DNA from: Thermoplasmata archaeon
Lineage (GTDB): Archaea > Thermoplasmatota > Thermoplasmata > UBA10834 > DTMW01
DNA: 64,000 nucleotides
Assembly (NCBI GenBank): GCA_038852105.1
Contig: JAWCKK010000006.1
Location: 16,072-80,071, forward strand
Direction: 5' to 3'
The first letter of the stretch is position 1; each line of letters opens with the position of its first letter. Positions 27,250-38,186 of this stretch are shown here, piece by piece. The notes beneath the pieces were generated by a model. That model saw only the letters and a program-made list of their open reading frames with translations, searched no databases and was not told the origin of the DNA. The position numbers were made by a program, and so were the translations under genes.

Positions 27250-28161
27250 TTGGATGTTGTGGTTGCAAAAGACCTAATCAAGAGATATGATGGCCTAACT
27301 GCCGTCAATAGAATCAGCTTCGAGATTAGGGAGAGCGAGTGTTTCGGCTTCCTCGGCCCAAACGGGGCCGGCAAGACTACGACGATGAAGATGATTCAGT
27401 GCGTCTCCCCCCTGACCTCGGGAAGTCTCTCAGTGTTTGGAATCGATGTTTCTTCGGACCCACGGGCCATCAAGAGATACCTTGGCGTCTGCCCCCAAGA
27501 ATTCAATCTCGACCCGGATTTCACGGTGTTCGAGAACCTGATTCACTACGCCTCGTTTTTCGATATCCCACGGGGAGAAGCGAGAAAACGCGCGGAAAGG
27601 CTACTGGAGTTCTTCCAGCTTCAGACGAAGAAGGATACTCGCATAGACGAGCTGTCGGGCGGGATGAAGCGCCGGTTGCTGCTGGCTCGCGCGATGATGA
27701 ACGATCCCAGGCTTCTTATCCTCGACGAGCCCACGGTCGGCCTGGACCCTCAGGCGCGACATCTCATCTGGGACCAGTTGGCGCTTCTGAAGTCAAGAGG
27801 TCTGACAATTATACTGACAACCCACTACATGGAAGAGGCTGAAAGGCTGTGCGACAGGATTGTGATTATGGATAACGGGTCAATTCTGGAGCTCGGATCT
27901 CCTTCGGAACTCATCAGGAAACATGTGGGCGAAAGCATCGTCGAGGCGAAAGACAGCGCGTCCATCAGAGCGTGCCTCGCCAAGCTTTCCGACGGATCGA
28001 AATACGAAATCGCAGGAGACAACATTCTTATCGCGACAAGCAAGCCCAAGGAGATACTCTCTGCTATCATGACAGATTGCGGAGTTGTCTCGACTACCAT
28101 ACGGCCAGCAACTCTCGAGGATGTCTTCCTGAGGCTTACCGGGAGGCAGCTGAGAGAATGA
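27250..28161 (+). CDS. ABC-2 exporter ATP-binding protein (NodI/DrrA-like)
   Basis: GPNGAGKT, LSGGMKRR, LDEPTVGLD, TTHYMEEAE, TLEDVFLRLTG. Confidence 0.93.
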   Translation: MDVVVAKDLIKRYDGLTAVNRISFEIRESECFGFLGPNGAGKTTTMKMIQCVSPLTSGSLSVFGIDVSSDPRAIKRYLGVCPQEFNLDPDFTVFENLIHYASFFDIPRGEARKRAERLLEFFQLQTKKDTRIDELSGGMKRRLLLARAMMNDPRLLILDEPTVGLDPQARHLIWDQLALLKSRGLTIILTTHYMEEAERLCDRIVIMDNGSILELGSPSELIRKHVGESIVEAKDSASIRACLAKLSDGSKYEIAGDNILIATSKPKEILSAIMTDCGVVSTTIRPATLEDVFLRLTGRQLRE

Positions 28162-28949
28162 GAATTATCTGGCTATTCAAGCCTCCAAGCGTGAGCCTGA
28201 AGACGCTGAAGGTCTGGCAGAGGGACGCCAGGGTGTTCATGAAGACTTATAAGGTGAATTTCATACCGCCGGCCCTGGAGCCGATACTATACCTTCTCGC
28301 GCTCGGATTCGGGCTCGGAATGTTCGTCAGCGAGATAGATGGAATCTCGTATCCCATGTTCATCGCGCCTGCTCTGCTGGCGATATCGATGATGAACGCG
28401 TCGTTTTTCGAGTGCACCTATTCCTCTTTCGTCAGGATGTACTATCAGAAGACCTTCGACGCGATAGTCGCGACCCCTCTGAACCTGGATGAGGTCATCT
28501 TCGGAGAGCTTCTCTGGGGCGCAACGAAGAGCACTATCTACGGCGTAATCGTTCTCGCCGTGATATCTTTGTTCGGACTCGCCAGCTATCCGACTGCCCT
28601 GCTGGTGATACCCTTCTCCGTGTTCATCGGACTAATGTTCGCGGCGATCGCGATGTGCTTCACCGCGATATCTCCCAGGATAGACAACCTGAACTACCCA
28701 GTCTCCCTGTACATCACTCCGATGTTCCTTGTGAGCGGAACATTCTTTCCGATATCCGTCCTTCCGCCGATTGTCCAGTCGTTCACTTACGCCTTTCTTC
28801 CATTGTCCCATGTCGTTGACGTCACACGCGCCTTGGTGCTCGGCAACCTGAGTATGGTACTGTTGTTGAACCTGTTGTGGATGGGCGTGGCAACGGTGAT
28901 ATTCACATTGCTCGCAATAAATCTGATGAAGCGCCGCCTTATAGTCTGA
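28158..28949 (+). CDS. ABC-2 exporter permease (NodJ-like)
   Basis: EPILYLLALGFGLG, PMFLVSGTFFP, six TM helices; ATGA overlap with the ATPase. Confidence 0.9.
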   Translation: MRIIWLFKPPSVSLKTLKVWQRDARVFMKTYKVNFIPPALEPILYLLALGFGLGMFVSEIDGISYPMFIAPALLAISMMNASFFECTYSSFVRMYYQKTFDAIVATPLNLDEVIFGELLWGATKSTIYGVIVLAVISLFGLASYPTALLVIPFSVFIGLMFAAIAMCFTAISPRIDNLNYPVSLYITPMFLVSGTFFPISVLPPIVQSFTYAFLPLSHVVDVTRALVLGNLSMVLLLNLLWMGVATVIFTLLAINLMKRRLIV

Positions 28950-29166
28950 TAAATCGCATCGAATGTGGCAAATTTCTTCTTAAGAAAATAGAATCCTCAG
29001 ATGATGAATCCCCGATACTCGTTCGATGCCTCATACGATTTCTTAGAAGATAGCAGATAATCTCGAAGATCGTCATCCAATCAATGGTTTGAAATAATCA
29101 GCAGGCATTCAATTGATTTTGAAGTGAGTAGGGGCAACTCTAAATATACACTTATTTCGAAGGAGG

Positions 29167-31059
29167 ATGTCGGAACTGAGTCTATCAGATATTATCTCGG
29201 AGGAACCGAGGAAATCTTTCTTGCTTTGCAACGAAGCCATTGTCCGAGGCGCGCTCGAGGCGGATGTGAAGCTCTATGCCGGATATCCAGGCTCTCCGAC
29301 TACGGAGATCCTCGATGCATTCTATGAAATCGGGTCAAAGGTAGGCGTGGTCGTGAACATATCTGCCAACGAAAAGGTCGCGTTGGAGACCGCTGCGGGA
29401 GCAGCGATGGCCGGCTTGCGCAGCCTGACTTCAATGAAGAGCGTCGGGCTGAATGTTGCCTCAGATTCGTTCTTCTCTTTGGGATACGTAGGAGTAGAGG
29501 GGGGATTGGTTCTCATTGTGGCGGATGACCCGCACGCGCATTCCTCGCAATCCGAACAGGACGGTAGGCACATCCCGCCGAGCGCCTACATACCAATGCT
29601 TGAACCATCAGACCCCGTCGAAGCGCTTGATATGGTCAAGTACGCATTTTCGCTATCCGAGAAATACTCCGTGCCCGTGGTCTTGCGGACCACCACCAGA
29701 GTCAATCATCAGAGCGGAATAGTCATCACCAACGAGCTCAAGAGGACGCCTTTCAAGAAGGTCAATTGGCCGCACGGGCCTGTCAGATTTATCACGGTAG
29801 CGGATTTCGCACGCAAGTTCAAGATGAACATGCTCGAACGCACGAAGAAGATCGAAGAGGAATTCGAAGAGTCGAAGTTCAATGTTGTCGAGGAGGCAGA
29901 CCCGGAGTTCGGCATCATCTCTTCGAGCGCTGGCTATAATTATGCCGTCGAAGCCTGCAGGATGCTGGGTATCGCGCCCTCGATATTGAAGCTGGGGACT
30001 ACGTTCCCCTTGCCGAGAAGGAAGATTGCCAACTTCATCCGTAATCTAAAGCGGGTCCTTATCGTCGAGGAGCTCTCCCCGTATCTCGAGTCTAGCGTCA
30101 CGGCAATCGCAAAGGACGCGAATCCAGGTCTGGAAATTCTGGGCAAGTGGTCGGGGCATCTCTCAGAGGCTCTGGAATACAACCCTAACATCGTGGCAAC
30201 GGCTCTCGCGAAAATATTGAAAATAGATGCGCCCGTGGATTTCGATGCGATTCTCAAGCGCGCCGATGAGCTGAAAACAGGGTTGCCAATCAGACCGCCG
30301 ACTTTCTGCCCTGGCTGCCCGCACAGGGGCACGTTTGTCGCGCTTCACAAGGCGTTGCGCGGCGTAAAACATGTTCTCGCAACCGACATCGGATGCTACT
30401 CGATGAGCCCGCTCCCTCCGCTCAATTATGGAGATACCCTCTTGAGCATGGGCGCCTCTTTGGGAGTGGCCCAGGGGCTGCAATATTCCATCGAGGAGCC
30501 GGTGATCGCCATGATAGGCGATTCCACATTTTATCACGCGGGGTTGCCGGGCTTGGCCAATGCGGTGAATCACAAGGGCAATTTCAAGCTGATAATCCTC
30601 GATAATTCCGTTACGGCAATGACGGGCCAGCAACCGCATCTCGGAACCGTTCCTCAGAATGGAGGCGAAGACGTGCAACCACTTGTCCTCGAGGACGTCC
30701 TCAAGGGTTTCGGCGTGAAAGACATCACCATCATCGATTCCTACGATGTGAAGAGCTCCCCGAAGATATTGAAAGAAGCACTGGCAAGGCCTGGATTCGG
30801 AGTGATCATCTCAAGAAGGGTATGCGCGTTATATGGAGACCGTCTAAAACGCAGGAAGGGCCAGTCGATAACTCCGAATTTCGTCGATAAGAAAGCCTGC
30901 AACAGGTATTACGCCTGCGTGAGAGAGTTCTACTGCCCTGCGATATCGATAGATGATGCCGGCCAGGCGGTCATCGCCCGAGATCTATGCGACGGATGTA
31001 TGTGTTGTTCTAAGCTGTGCCCAGTCGATGCAATCAAGAGCACGGGGGTTCCTAAGTGA
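29167..31059 (+). CDS. iorA: indolepyruvate:ferredoxin oxidoreductase alpha subunit
   Basis: GYPGSPTTE, NEKVALE, HSSQSEQD, FCPGCPH, DIGCY, GDSTFYH TPP motif, C-terminal ferredoxin domain. Confidence 0.95.
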   Translation: MSELSLSDIISEEPRKSFLLCNEAIVRGALEADVKLYAGYPGSPTTEILDAFYEIGSKVGVVVNISANEKVALETAAGAAMAGLRSLTSMKSVGLNVASDSFFSLGYVGVEGGLVLIVADDPHAHSSQSEQDGRHIPPSAYIPMLEPSDPVEALDMVKYAFSLSEKYSVPVVLRTTTRVNHQSGIVITNELKRTPFKKVNWPHGPVRFITVADFARKFKMNMLERTKKIEEEFEESKFNVVEEADPEFGIISSSAGYNYAVEACRMLGIAPSILKLGTTFPLPRRKIANFIRNLKRVLIVEELSPYLESSVTAIAKDANPGLEILGKWSGHLSEALEYNPNIVATALAKILKIDAPVDFDAILKRADELKTGLPIRPPTFCPGCPHRGTFVALHKALRGVKHVLATDIGCYSMSPLPPLNYGDTLLSMGASLGVAQGLQYSIEEPVIAMIGDSTFYHAGLPGLANAVNHKGNFKLIILDNSVTAMTGQQPHLGTVPQNGGEDVQPLVLEDVLKGFGVKDITIIDSYDVKSSPKILKEALARPGFGVIISRRVCALYGDRLKRRKGQSITPNFVDKKACNRYYACVREFYCPAISIDDAGQAVIARDLCDGCMCCSKLCPVDAIKSTGVPK

Positions 31060-31706
31060 GAGCCAACGAGTTCGATGTCCTGATATGCGGCGTCGGGGGT
31101 CAAGGGATAGTGCTCGTTTCGAATGTGATAGGAGACGCGTGCGCCAGTTCTGGCCTTCGAATCGTGACGGGAGAGCAGCATGGCTTATCCCAGCGCTCCG
31201 GTTCGGTTTCTATCCATTTGAGGATAGGCCCAGAAGTCAGATCCCCCCTGATACCTGTCGGGATGTCGGATGCAATTCTCTCCCTCGAATCCTTGGAGAC
31301 GCTGAGATATGCCGAGTATCTGAAAAGAGATGCCATCGTGCTTATGAACAGCAGGGTCATGCACCCCATCTCTGATACCGACGAAATCGTCAAGAAAAAG
31401 AAAACGCGGTATTTCGGCACGGAAGAGGTGGTCCAAAGGCTCGGAAAGATTTCGCGGAACATTTTCCCCCTCGACGCTCTATCTCTGGCAGAAGATGCCG
31501 GAAACCCTCTGGTGGAGAACATCGTGATGCTCGGAGCTCTGTCGGTTTTCGAGTCGTTTCCAGTTCCTCTCGAGGCCTTACGGCGCTCGATCGAGAAATT
31601 GGTCCCGGCAAAGGCCAAAGAGGCAAATCTCAAGGGTTTCGCGCTCGGTGCCAGGGCGTCATACGAGAGATTCTGTGCGGAGATGTCCTGCAGGAAACCC
31701 GATTGA
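31056..31706 (+). CDS. iorB: indolepyruvate:ferredoxin oxidoreductase beta subunit
   Basis: GVGGQG, HGLSQRSGSV, NIVMLGAL. Confidence 0.93.
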   Translation: MRANEFDVLICGVGGQGIVLVSNVIGDACASSGLRIVTGEQHGLSQRSGSVSIHLRIGPEVRSPLIPVGMSDAILSLESLETLRYAEYLKRDAIVLMNSRVMHPISDTDEIVKKKKTRYFGTEEVVQRLGKISRNIFPLDALSLAEDAGNPLVENIVMLGALSVFESFPVPLEALRRSIEKLVPAKAKEANLKGFALGARASYERFCAEMSCRKPD

Positions 31707-31988
31707 CGGCCAGATTCTGGTTTGCCCGGAATGCCTAGGCGCATTACCGTATCATATGCCTCGAAGAAGTCTGTCATAAACGCTGGTAATTTTGCCCGGA
31801 TTCCGATTCGTTTTGTAAGCACTTGCGAGAAAGCCACAGAATATTCAGAAAATCTGCAAGAGCGCGGGGCCATTTGCATCTGCCGTCATCGAATTCGCAA
31901 GGGCTTCTCGAAACTCAGATATAGAACAATTGTATTAATCCAGCTGAGCTGTCAGCGGGCGCGAACCTGCTGGCATGGGGGATTGGGG

Positions 31989-34244
31989 ATGTCACCCAAC
32001 GATAGCGAATCCGAAAGGGAGATATTGGCAAATGCGAATTTCGAGAAAGAGATTGCGAAAGAGATAAGGCCGTGGCGCGGTTTTCTCGCGGTTTTCATAA
32101 TCGCGATATTTCTTTTGACTGCCGTTCAGGTTTCGGTGTCCACTTCTGTATCGGCGGCGACGACGAACCGAGTGCTCACGATGGGATATGCGGAGTTCAT
32201 CGATTCCGCGAATCCCTGGATAGGCCTGTATGATATCAGCTACATTTTCTATTCCTATATCTACAGCTATCTGATGTATCCGAACGAGGACGGCATACAG
32301 TCGCCAAACCTCGCGAAAGAATGGTGGTATATGAACGGCACTGTGGCGGCGTCGCTCGATCAGCCAACCGATTTCAACAATGCGGCGGATTTCCCCATTC
32401 ATAAGAACCCTGCGGACTGGCCTCTCGGTTCCATATGGGAATACAATCTTACTCCTAACGTTTACTGGAACGACGGTGTCCCTTTCACGGCGGACGATGT
32501 GGAATGGAGCTTTGAGATACAGATTGGTGCCAATTTCATGATCTACTGGGCATACCAACCTGTCACGAGATGGATAGACCACGTCGAGAAGGTGGATGAT
32601 TACAAGGTCAGGTTCTTTTTCTCGACATACGAGAACAAGACTCCAATTCCCATAGCATGGGGCAATTGTCTATCCGTCCCAGTGATTCCGAAGCACGCAT
32701 TCGAGGGAAAACCGGCATCCTATGTCGCTCAGGAGTGGGACGGCTATCCTGCAATCGGGACAGGGCCACTGATGGGCACAAGCAAGTTAAAAGACGAGAT
32801 AACCGCCAAAGAATCGGTCACGCTTGTGAGGAACCGCTATTACAACTTCACCGATGAGGACGGCGTTCAAAAGGGATTGGGCGCATACTACGGACGCCAC
32901 ATGGAGATAGACACTCTGATAATGAAATTCTTCTCGGAGGAACAGACTCAGGTGTCCAGCGTCAAGACGGGCGCGATTGATGCCTGTGAGGTGACGGCCG
33001 CAAACTACCTGGCAATGAAGAACGATCCGAGATTGCCCGAAACCATACAATTGGTCTCTATCATCAGCCCGACAGTCTATACCAAGATATCCCACTGGAA
33101 TGTTATGGAGGAGGGGACTCCGGGAGCATTGAATCCAGCCAGATTGGACCCGGCAATACACCGCGCGAGCGCGCTTGCTACCAACAAAACGGGGATTCTC
33201 GCCGGCGTGTTCAAGAACCTGGGACAGATAGGATATCATCTTATTACCCCTGTATGGCCGCAGTATTACTGGGAACCCGGAGACGATGAGATATCGTGGT
33301 TCAACGTGACCACGATAGAATATAACGCGACGACGGGCAAGAACGAGACGAAGATTCTCTATTCGTATCATGACACGTTGAGACACGTTATGGATTTCAA
33401 TATCCAGCGCGCCAATGAGATACTCGATGCCGCGGGCTACGTGTGGGACAATACGACCACATATCATGGCAAGAATGTCCGGAAGATAGGACCGCTGGCC
33501 GCGAAGCGATTGGTGGAGATGGGGTACGCGAATGATATCGCTTCCGTCCTTGGAAAGCCGTTGAGCTTCGAAGACATCATCATGCAGGAGAATTTCGAGG
33601 ATAGGGAGATCAGCAAGGTGCTCCAGGACGATTTCGCGAAGATTGGGATTGACCTCTATGAGGACCTCGTAAACGAGGCAACTTGGAACACTGAGGTGTA
33701 CAGCTATGCGTTCCACTTCACGGAGACCTACTGGAGCGGTGATGTGGATCCGAACTATCTGCTATATGTCCCGACCAGCTATGCTCTCTGGGGATGGAAC
33801 GAATGGGGGACCAACAACAAGAGCTATGACTACTACTACGACATGCAGGCGAGAACGCTCGATCCGGTAGAGAGGATGCACTGGATCGAGGAGGCGTGCA
33901 AGTGGACCTACCTCTGGAGCGGCATGATGGTCACCGTCTACCCGTCCATCTGTTTCGCCCTGAACAATCTCAGATGGACCAATTGGGGCAACTGGACAGA
34001 GCATCCGGGCCTGGCCATCGACCACTTCTGGGGAGAGGCTCCCTACTTCTTCCAGATCAAATGGAAAGGAGAGCCCGATGTCACCGGAGATATCACCGGA
34101 TTGATCATCGCCGGAATAGTGATATTGGCATTAGTGGCCGTAATTGCCTCTGTCGTGCTCTTGCGGAAGCGGAAGGAGAAGAGACTTCTCGAAGAAGAGG
34201 AAAAGGAAGAGCCAGAAGAGATCAAGGGCGAGGAGAAGGGTTGA
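31989..34244 (+). CDS. peptide ABC transporter substrate-binding protein (family 5, DppA-like), C-terminal TM anchor
   Basis: Signal peptide, PNLAKEW, WNDGVPFTADDV, IGTGP, C-terminal TM + basic + acidic tail; ATG 31989. Confidence 0.88.
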   Translation: MSPNDSESEREILANANFEKEIAKEIRPWRGFLAVFIIAIFLLTAVQVSVSTSVSAATTNRVLTMGYAEFIDSANPWIGLYDISYIFYSYIYSYLMYPNEDGIQSPNLAKEWWYMNGTVAASLDQPTDFNNAADFPIHKNPADWPLGSIWEYNLTPNVYWNDGVPFTADDVEWSFEIQIGANFMIYWAYQPVTRWIDHVEKVDDYKVRFFFSTYENKTPIPIAWGNCLSVPVIPKHAFEGKPASYVAQEWDGYPAIGTGPLMGTSKLKDEITAKESVTLVRNRYYNFTDEDGVQKGLGAYYGRHMEIDTLIMKFFSEEQTQVSSVKTGAIDACEVTAANYLAMKNDPRLPETIQLVSIISPTVYTKISHWNVMEEGTPGALNPARLDPAIHRASALATNKTGILAGVFKNLGQIGYHLITPVWPQYYWEPGDDEISWFNVTTIEYNATTGKNETKILYSYHDTLRHVMDFNIQRANEILDAAGYVWDNTTTYHGKNVRKIGPLAAKRLVEMGYANDIASVLGKPLSFEDIIMQENFEDREISKVLQDDFAKIGIDLYEDLVNEATWNTEVYSYAFHFTETYWSGDVDPNYLLYVPTSYALWGWNEWGTNNKSYDYYYDMQARTLDPVERMHWIEEACKWTYLWSGMMVTVYPSICFALNNLRWTNWGNWTEHPGLAIDHFWGEAPYFFQIKWKGEPDVTGDITGLIIAGIVILALVAVIASVVLLRKRKEKRLLEEEEKEEPEEIKGEEKG

Positions 34245-34254
34245 ACCCCCGGCC

Positions 34255-34300
34255 TCTCTTCTTTTTCCCTTTTCAAATCCTTTCCATTTTTCTCGATTTT
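34255..34300 (+). terminator. pyrimidine/T-rich terminator candidate
   Basis: CTCTTCTTTTTCCCTTTTCAAATCCTTTCCATTTTT between convergent genes. Confidence 0.5.
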
Positions 34301-34305
34301 TCGGA

Positions 34306-35220
34306 TCAAATCTGCAGCTCTATGATGCGATTTTCTGTCAGAGATTCGAGCTTGATCGCATCTCTTGTCGAGTCCAGAAGAGAACTCAAAGGCATGAGTC
34401 CTATCAGTTCGCTTCCGAGGACTTCGATTCCGAATTTCATGGCTTCTTCCGCGACTTTATTGTATGCAACATATGGGCTGACGACGTCCGGCCTCGTGAT
34501 GTTCATCGAGACCTGAACGCAACGCTTGCTTTTCAGCTCCAGCCCGAGCGCCTTCAATCCGACAAGACCGCTGTTCTTCTCCCTGACGGCTTCTGCTATC
34601 TTCTTTGCAGCCTTCAGATCCCTCGAGTTCAAATTCACGTTGAACGCTATCAATGGCGGCCTTGCGCCTACAATGCATGCGCCGGCGGTGGGATGCAATG
34701 CAGGGCCGCCGAAATCGGGCCTCTTGCTCCTATCTTTCTTCACGAGAGTCTTCATTTGTTCGAAGCCTTTTAGCCTTACCTTCTCCAATCTCCTCCTATC
34801 CTTTCGCAGAGCGGCCTCCCCGTAAAGGTACGTCGGGACCTCGAGTTCGTCCCATATCCTCCTCGCCAGCTTTCTCGCGAGTACCACGCAATCCGACATG
34901 TCGACACCCCTGATCGGTACAAGCGGTATGACATCGGCCGCACCCAGCCTCGGGTGCACACCCTTGTGCTTCCTGAGGTCGATGAGTCGCACCGCGGCTC
35001 TGACGCCCGATATCGCGCCTTCGATGATCGACGATGGCGTGCCGACGAAGGTTATCACGGATCTATTGTGATCTGGATCCGCATTGACATCGAGGATTTT
35101 GATATTCGAAGCGGAATCTATTTCGTTCGCAATGGTCCTCACGATATGCCTGTCCTTCCCCGCGCTGAAATTAGGGACGCATTCGATTATCGGGCCCTTC
35201 AATTCTTTCGTCGCTGTCAT
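34306..35220 (-). CDS. ftcD: glutamate formimidoyltransferase (stand-alone FT domain)
   Basis: IIECVPNFSAG, DPDHNRSVIT, HKGVHPRLGAADVIP, QVSMN, SELIGL. Confidence 0.92.
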   Translation of the reverse strand: MTATKELKGPIIECVPNFSAGKDRHIVRTIANEIDSASNIKILDVNADPDHNRSVITFVGTPSSIIEGAISGVRAAVRLIDLRKHKGVHPRLGAADVIPLVPIRGVDMSDCVVLARKLARRIWDELEVPTYLYGEAALRKDRRRLEKVRLKGFEQMKTLVKKDRSKRPDFGGPALHPTAGACIVGARPPLIAFNVNLNSRDLKAAKKIAEAVREKNSGLVGLKALGLELKSKRCVQVSMNITRPDVVSPYVAYNKVAEEAMKFGIEVLGSELIGLMPLSSLLDSTRDAIKLESLTENRIIELQI

Positions 35221-35249
35221 GCTATCATCCTCATTTCCCCGAACCTTGC

Positions 35250-35762
35250 CTATTTCTTCCTGACATCGACCGAGGCGACTCGTTCGAGTACGAGATCGGG
35301 CGCGTCCTTCTCTCTTACTGTTGAGATTTCAATATCCGAGATTCCCAAAGATCGAACATCCTTTCCTTCAGGAGATAGGACCGATTCGTCCTCTTCCAAA
35401 GATAGAAGCTTGGAAATATCTCCGGGTTCCCTATCGGATAGCAGGATGAGCGATTTCGACTGCTCCTTCAAGCCTATCGCGTCCAAGGCTTCCTGGATTT
35501 GCCTACAACCGGATAGATACAGCATCATTTCGGTTACAGGCGAATCCGACACATTCCGCTCGGATCTGAATGATCTGACTGTCTTTTCGAAAGCCGCACG
35601 GAGATGATCCCGGCCGAAGATCTTCTTCGAATCGATCAATTGGATTGACGTTGCTTTTTCCCTGCCGAGTTCAGCGATGATTCTCAGGAGTTCTTCCTTG
35701 CTCTTGTGGGTTCGCCCTGGAATCGCCCAGACGGCGAAGTCATCGGACTCGAATTTGAGCAT
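35250..35762 (-). CDS. cgi121: KEOPS complex subunit Cgi121
   Basis: GRDHL..A, EMMLYLSGCRQIQEAL..IG, LVLERVA; directly downstream of hel308. Confidence 0.85.
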   Translation of the reverse strand: MLKFESDDFAVWAIPGRTHKSKEELLRIIAELGREKATSIQLIDSKKIFGRDHLRAAFEKTVRSFRSERNVSDSPVTEMMLYLSGCRQIQEALDAIGLKEQSKSLILLSDREPGDISKLLSLEEDESVLSPEGKDVRSLGISDIEISTVREKDAPDLVLERVASVDVRKK

Positions 35763-35813
35763 GCAGAGATGAATCAATGAAAGTAATATTTGAATGGATG
35801 TCCTCCTCTGCCC

Positions 35814-38036
35814 TCAGAATTCCTTCAGGGTCTTCTGACCGGAGACGCTCTGCTCTGCCATCTTTGCTTCCTGTTCCTGTCCTAGCTGTTTCTTTATCTG
35901 TGCCGCGAGCGCATGCCCTATCGTAGGCAGGGCCGCCAGTCTCTCGATGCTCGCGTTCCTGATGTCGCTGACGGATTTGAACCCGTTATTGAACAGCACC
36001 CTGGCTCTTACCCTGCCGATGTTTCTGATCTTCGTCAGTTCGAGGAGTTCGGGTCTTACGCCCTTGCCGATTCTTCTGACGAGCGGCTGGAGGATTTCAT
36101 GTGCCTCCTCGTTGAATATCGCGGACAATTGGTCCATGGAATACGCCATCCACTCTGCGACCTCCATCTTGCTCCTGATATCGCCCGGCCCGATGCCGAA
36201 CTTCCTCTCGATTTCCTCTTCTGTCCTCTCCTCAATCCAGTCTTGAATCAGAGATGCGGTCTTTACCTCCGCGAGATAGAACTCGTACTGACCAAGGTCG
36301 CTTGGGGGTTCGAGAAGCATCTCGCTCCTTTTCTCTTCGAGAAGTTCCTCGACCCAATCATAATCGCTCCGCCTCATGTAGAGCGGTTTCAGGTCGACCG
36401 TTGCGGCCAGCGCATGAAGCGTGCCGAACTCGGCATCCTTTCTGAACACGGTCAGCGCCTTCCTCATTGTGACAGCGGAGGCGGGATCGAGATAAAGGTC
36501 GCTCACCCGTTTTCCGAAAAACGTTGCCCTGAGAGAGCCGTCTTGGTCAATCTTGATCATATCATTGTTCTCCAGAAAGGCAAGGATTCTATGCAGTGTA
36601 TCATTCAGGAAATCGATGTCCGTCTGCTTTGCAAGGAACGAATGCTCTAGGAATCGGAACATGCCCTCTTCCGAGCGCACGCTTCCGGTCGCGATCGCCG
36701 CGAGAACGTGCGACCTCAGCGCCGGCTCAGTGCCGAGCTTGGAATAGACGTTCTCCGGATCTGCCAGGAGATAGTTTTCGAGCAGGAAGGAACGGCTGTC
36801 CTCATCTTTCGAGATGAACACGGCTTCTCCGTAATCGTCATATTTCGGCCTACCGGCCCTTCCGCACATCTGCTTTATCTCGAGCACGGGTATCGCCGAG
36901 TGCCCGTAATCCGCGTCGAACCTGGTCGCCTCCCGGATTATGACCATCCTCGCGGGCAGATTGATGCCGGCGGCCAGTGTTGGCGTCGCGACTATGGCCT
37001 TTATCTTTCCGGCCCTGAACAGATCCTCGACGCGCCTCCTCTGATCATTCGACAGCCCAGCGTTGTGAAAGGCGACCCCGGACTTGATGCACTCCGACAG
37101 CTTCTTTCCGATGGAGGTAGGCTCCTCGTCGTCCATGGAAACAGACTTTGAGATTTCGCGCAGCTCCTTGTTAGTGGCGATGTATTTTCTCGTCACGGAG
37201 CGCAAAGAGTTCGCGAGCGATTCGCTCGCCCTTCTCGTGTTGACGAATATGAGCACTTGACCATTACCCGCCAGGCAATCTTCGACAAGGCTCACGATAG
37301 GATCTCCGAGGTCCCTGATTTTGCGCTTCGAGTTGTCGGAGAAGAAAATCTCGCCGTCAAGGTAGATGCCTTCTTTCAGCGGCACGGGCCGCCAATCGCT
37401 CGTGATGTTCTCCGCCTGCAGCCAATCCGCGATCTCACTGGAGTTGTTTATTGTTGCCGAAAGCGCGATTATCTGTGCCTTCGGATTAGCCATCCTGAAC
37501 TTCGTGAGGGTGACTTCCAGAGTCGGCCCCCTGTCAGGATCGTTTATCAAGTGTATCTCGTCCGCTATGACCACTGAGACCTTCTCTAGCCAGGATGTCT
37601 TGTGCCTCAATAGACTATCAATTTTCTCCGAGGTCGCGACGACAACGTCGAACCTCTCGAGCGTCGGATCGTCGGCGTCATAGTCCCCGACCGATATGCC
37701 GACCCTCATCCCAAGCTCCTCGAACCTTCTCAAGTCCTCGTACTTCTCGGACGCAAGCGCCCTGAGCGGGACGATGTATATCGCCTTTCCGCCGTTCAAG
37801 ACGGAGTTCAAGATCGCGATGTATGCGACAAGCGATTTCCCGCTAGCCGTGGGAACCGCGAGCACTATGTTCCTTCCGGATATGGCATGGGGGAGCGCGC
37901 TTTCCTGTGGTGGGTAGAGGGTATCGTACCCTTGAAGCCTAAGCGCTCGCTTGACATCGTCGCTCAGAGGCAGGTCGTCAAATCTCAAATCGTCACTTCC
38001 CGGTTCCCCGAGGGAATATCTTCTCGCTGGAGACAT
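35814..38036 (-). CDS. hel308: Ski2-like DNA helicase Hel308
   Basis: PTASGKS, DEIH, LSAT, TPTLAAGINLP, QMCGRAGRP, IGRVRAR HhH, C-terminal PIP-like QKTLKEF. Confidence 0.95.
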   Translation of the reverse strand: MSPARRYSLGEPGSDDLRFDDLPLSDDVKRALRLQGYDTLYPPQESALPHAISGRNIVLAVPTASGKSLVAYIAILNSVLNGGKAIYIVPLRALASEKYEDLRRFEELGMRVGISVGDYDADDPTLERFDVVVATSEKIDSLLRHKTSWLEKVSVVIADEIHLINDPDRGPTLEVTLTKFRMANPKAQIIALSATINNSSEIADWLQAENITSDWRPVPLKEGIYLDGEIFFSDNSKRKIRDLGDPIVSLVEDCLAGNGQVLIFVNTRRASESLANSLRSVTRKYIATNKELREISKSVSMDDEEPTSIGKKLSECIKSGVAFHNAGLSNDQRRRVEDLFRAGKIKAIVATPTLAAGINLPARMVIIREATRFDADYGHSAIPVLEIKQMCGRAGRPKYDDYGEAVFISKDEDSRSFLLENYLLADPENVYSKLGTEPALRSHVLAAIATGSVRSEEGMFRFLEHSFLAKQTDIDFLNDTLHRILAFLENNDMIKIDQDGSLRATFFGKRVSDLYLDPASAVTMRKALTVFRKDAEFGTLHALAATVDLKPLYMRRSDYDWVEELLEEKRSEMLLEPPSDLGQYEFYLAEVKTASLIQDWIEERTEEEIERKFGIGPGDIRSKMEVAEWMAYSMDQLSAIFNEEAHEILQPLVRRIGKGVRPELLELTKIRNIGRVRARVLFNNGFKSVSDIRNASIERLAALPTIGHALAAQIKKQLGQEQEAKMAEQSVSGQKTLKEF

Positions 38037-38186
38037 TGATTGTCGGGGGTCCCTATTTTCCTTCTCTATGCCATCGAATGGTTGTTAATTTATCTATTGA
38101 TGGTAGATTAACATAGAAACATTCATTACGAACAAAAGGGAATTGTATTTCGGAACCTGACAGGAATCATAAGTTTGGTTTGGAGC

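Noticed and set aside
35250-38036. hel308-cgi121 linkage as a novel repair/tRNA-modification link
   Set aside because: This adjacency is already known from other euryarchaea such as haloarchaea.
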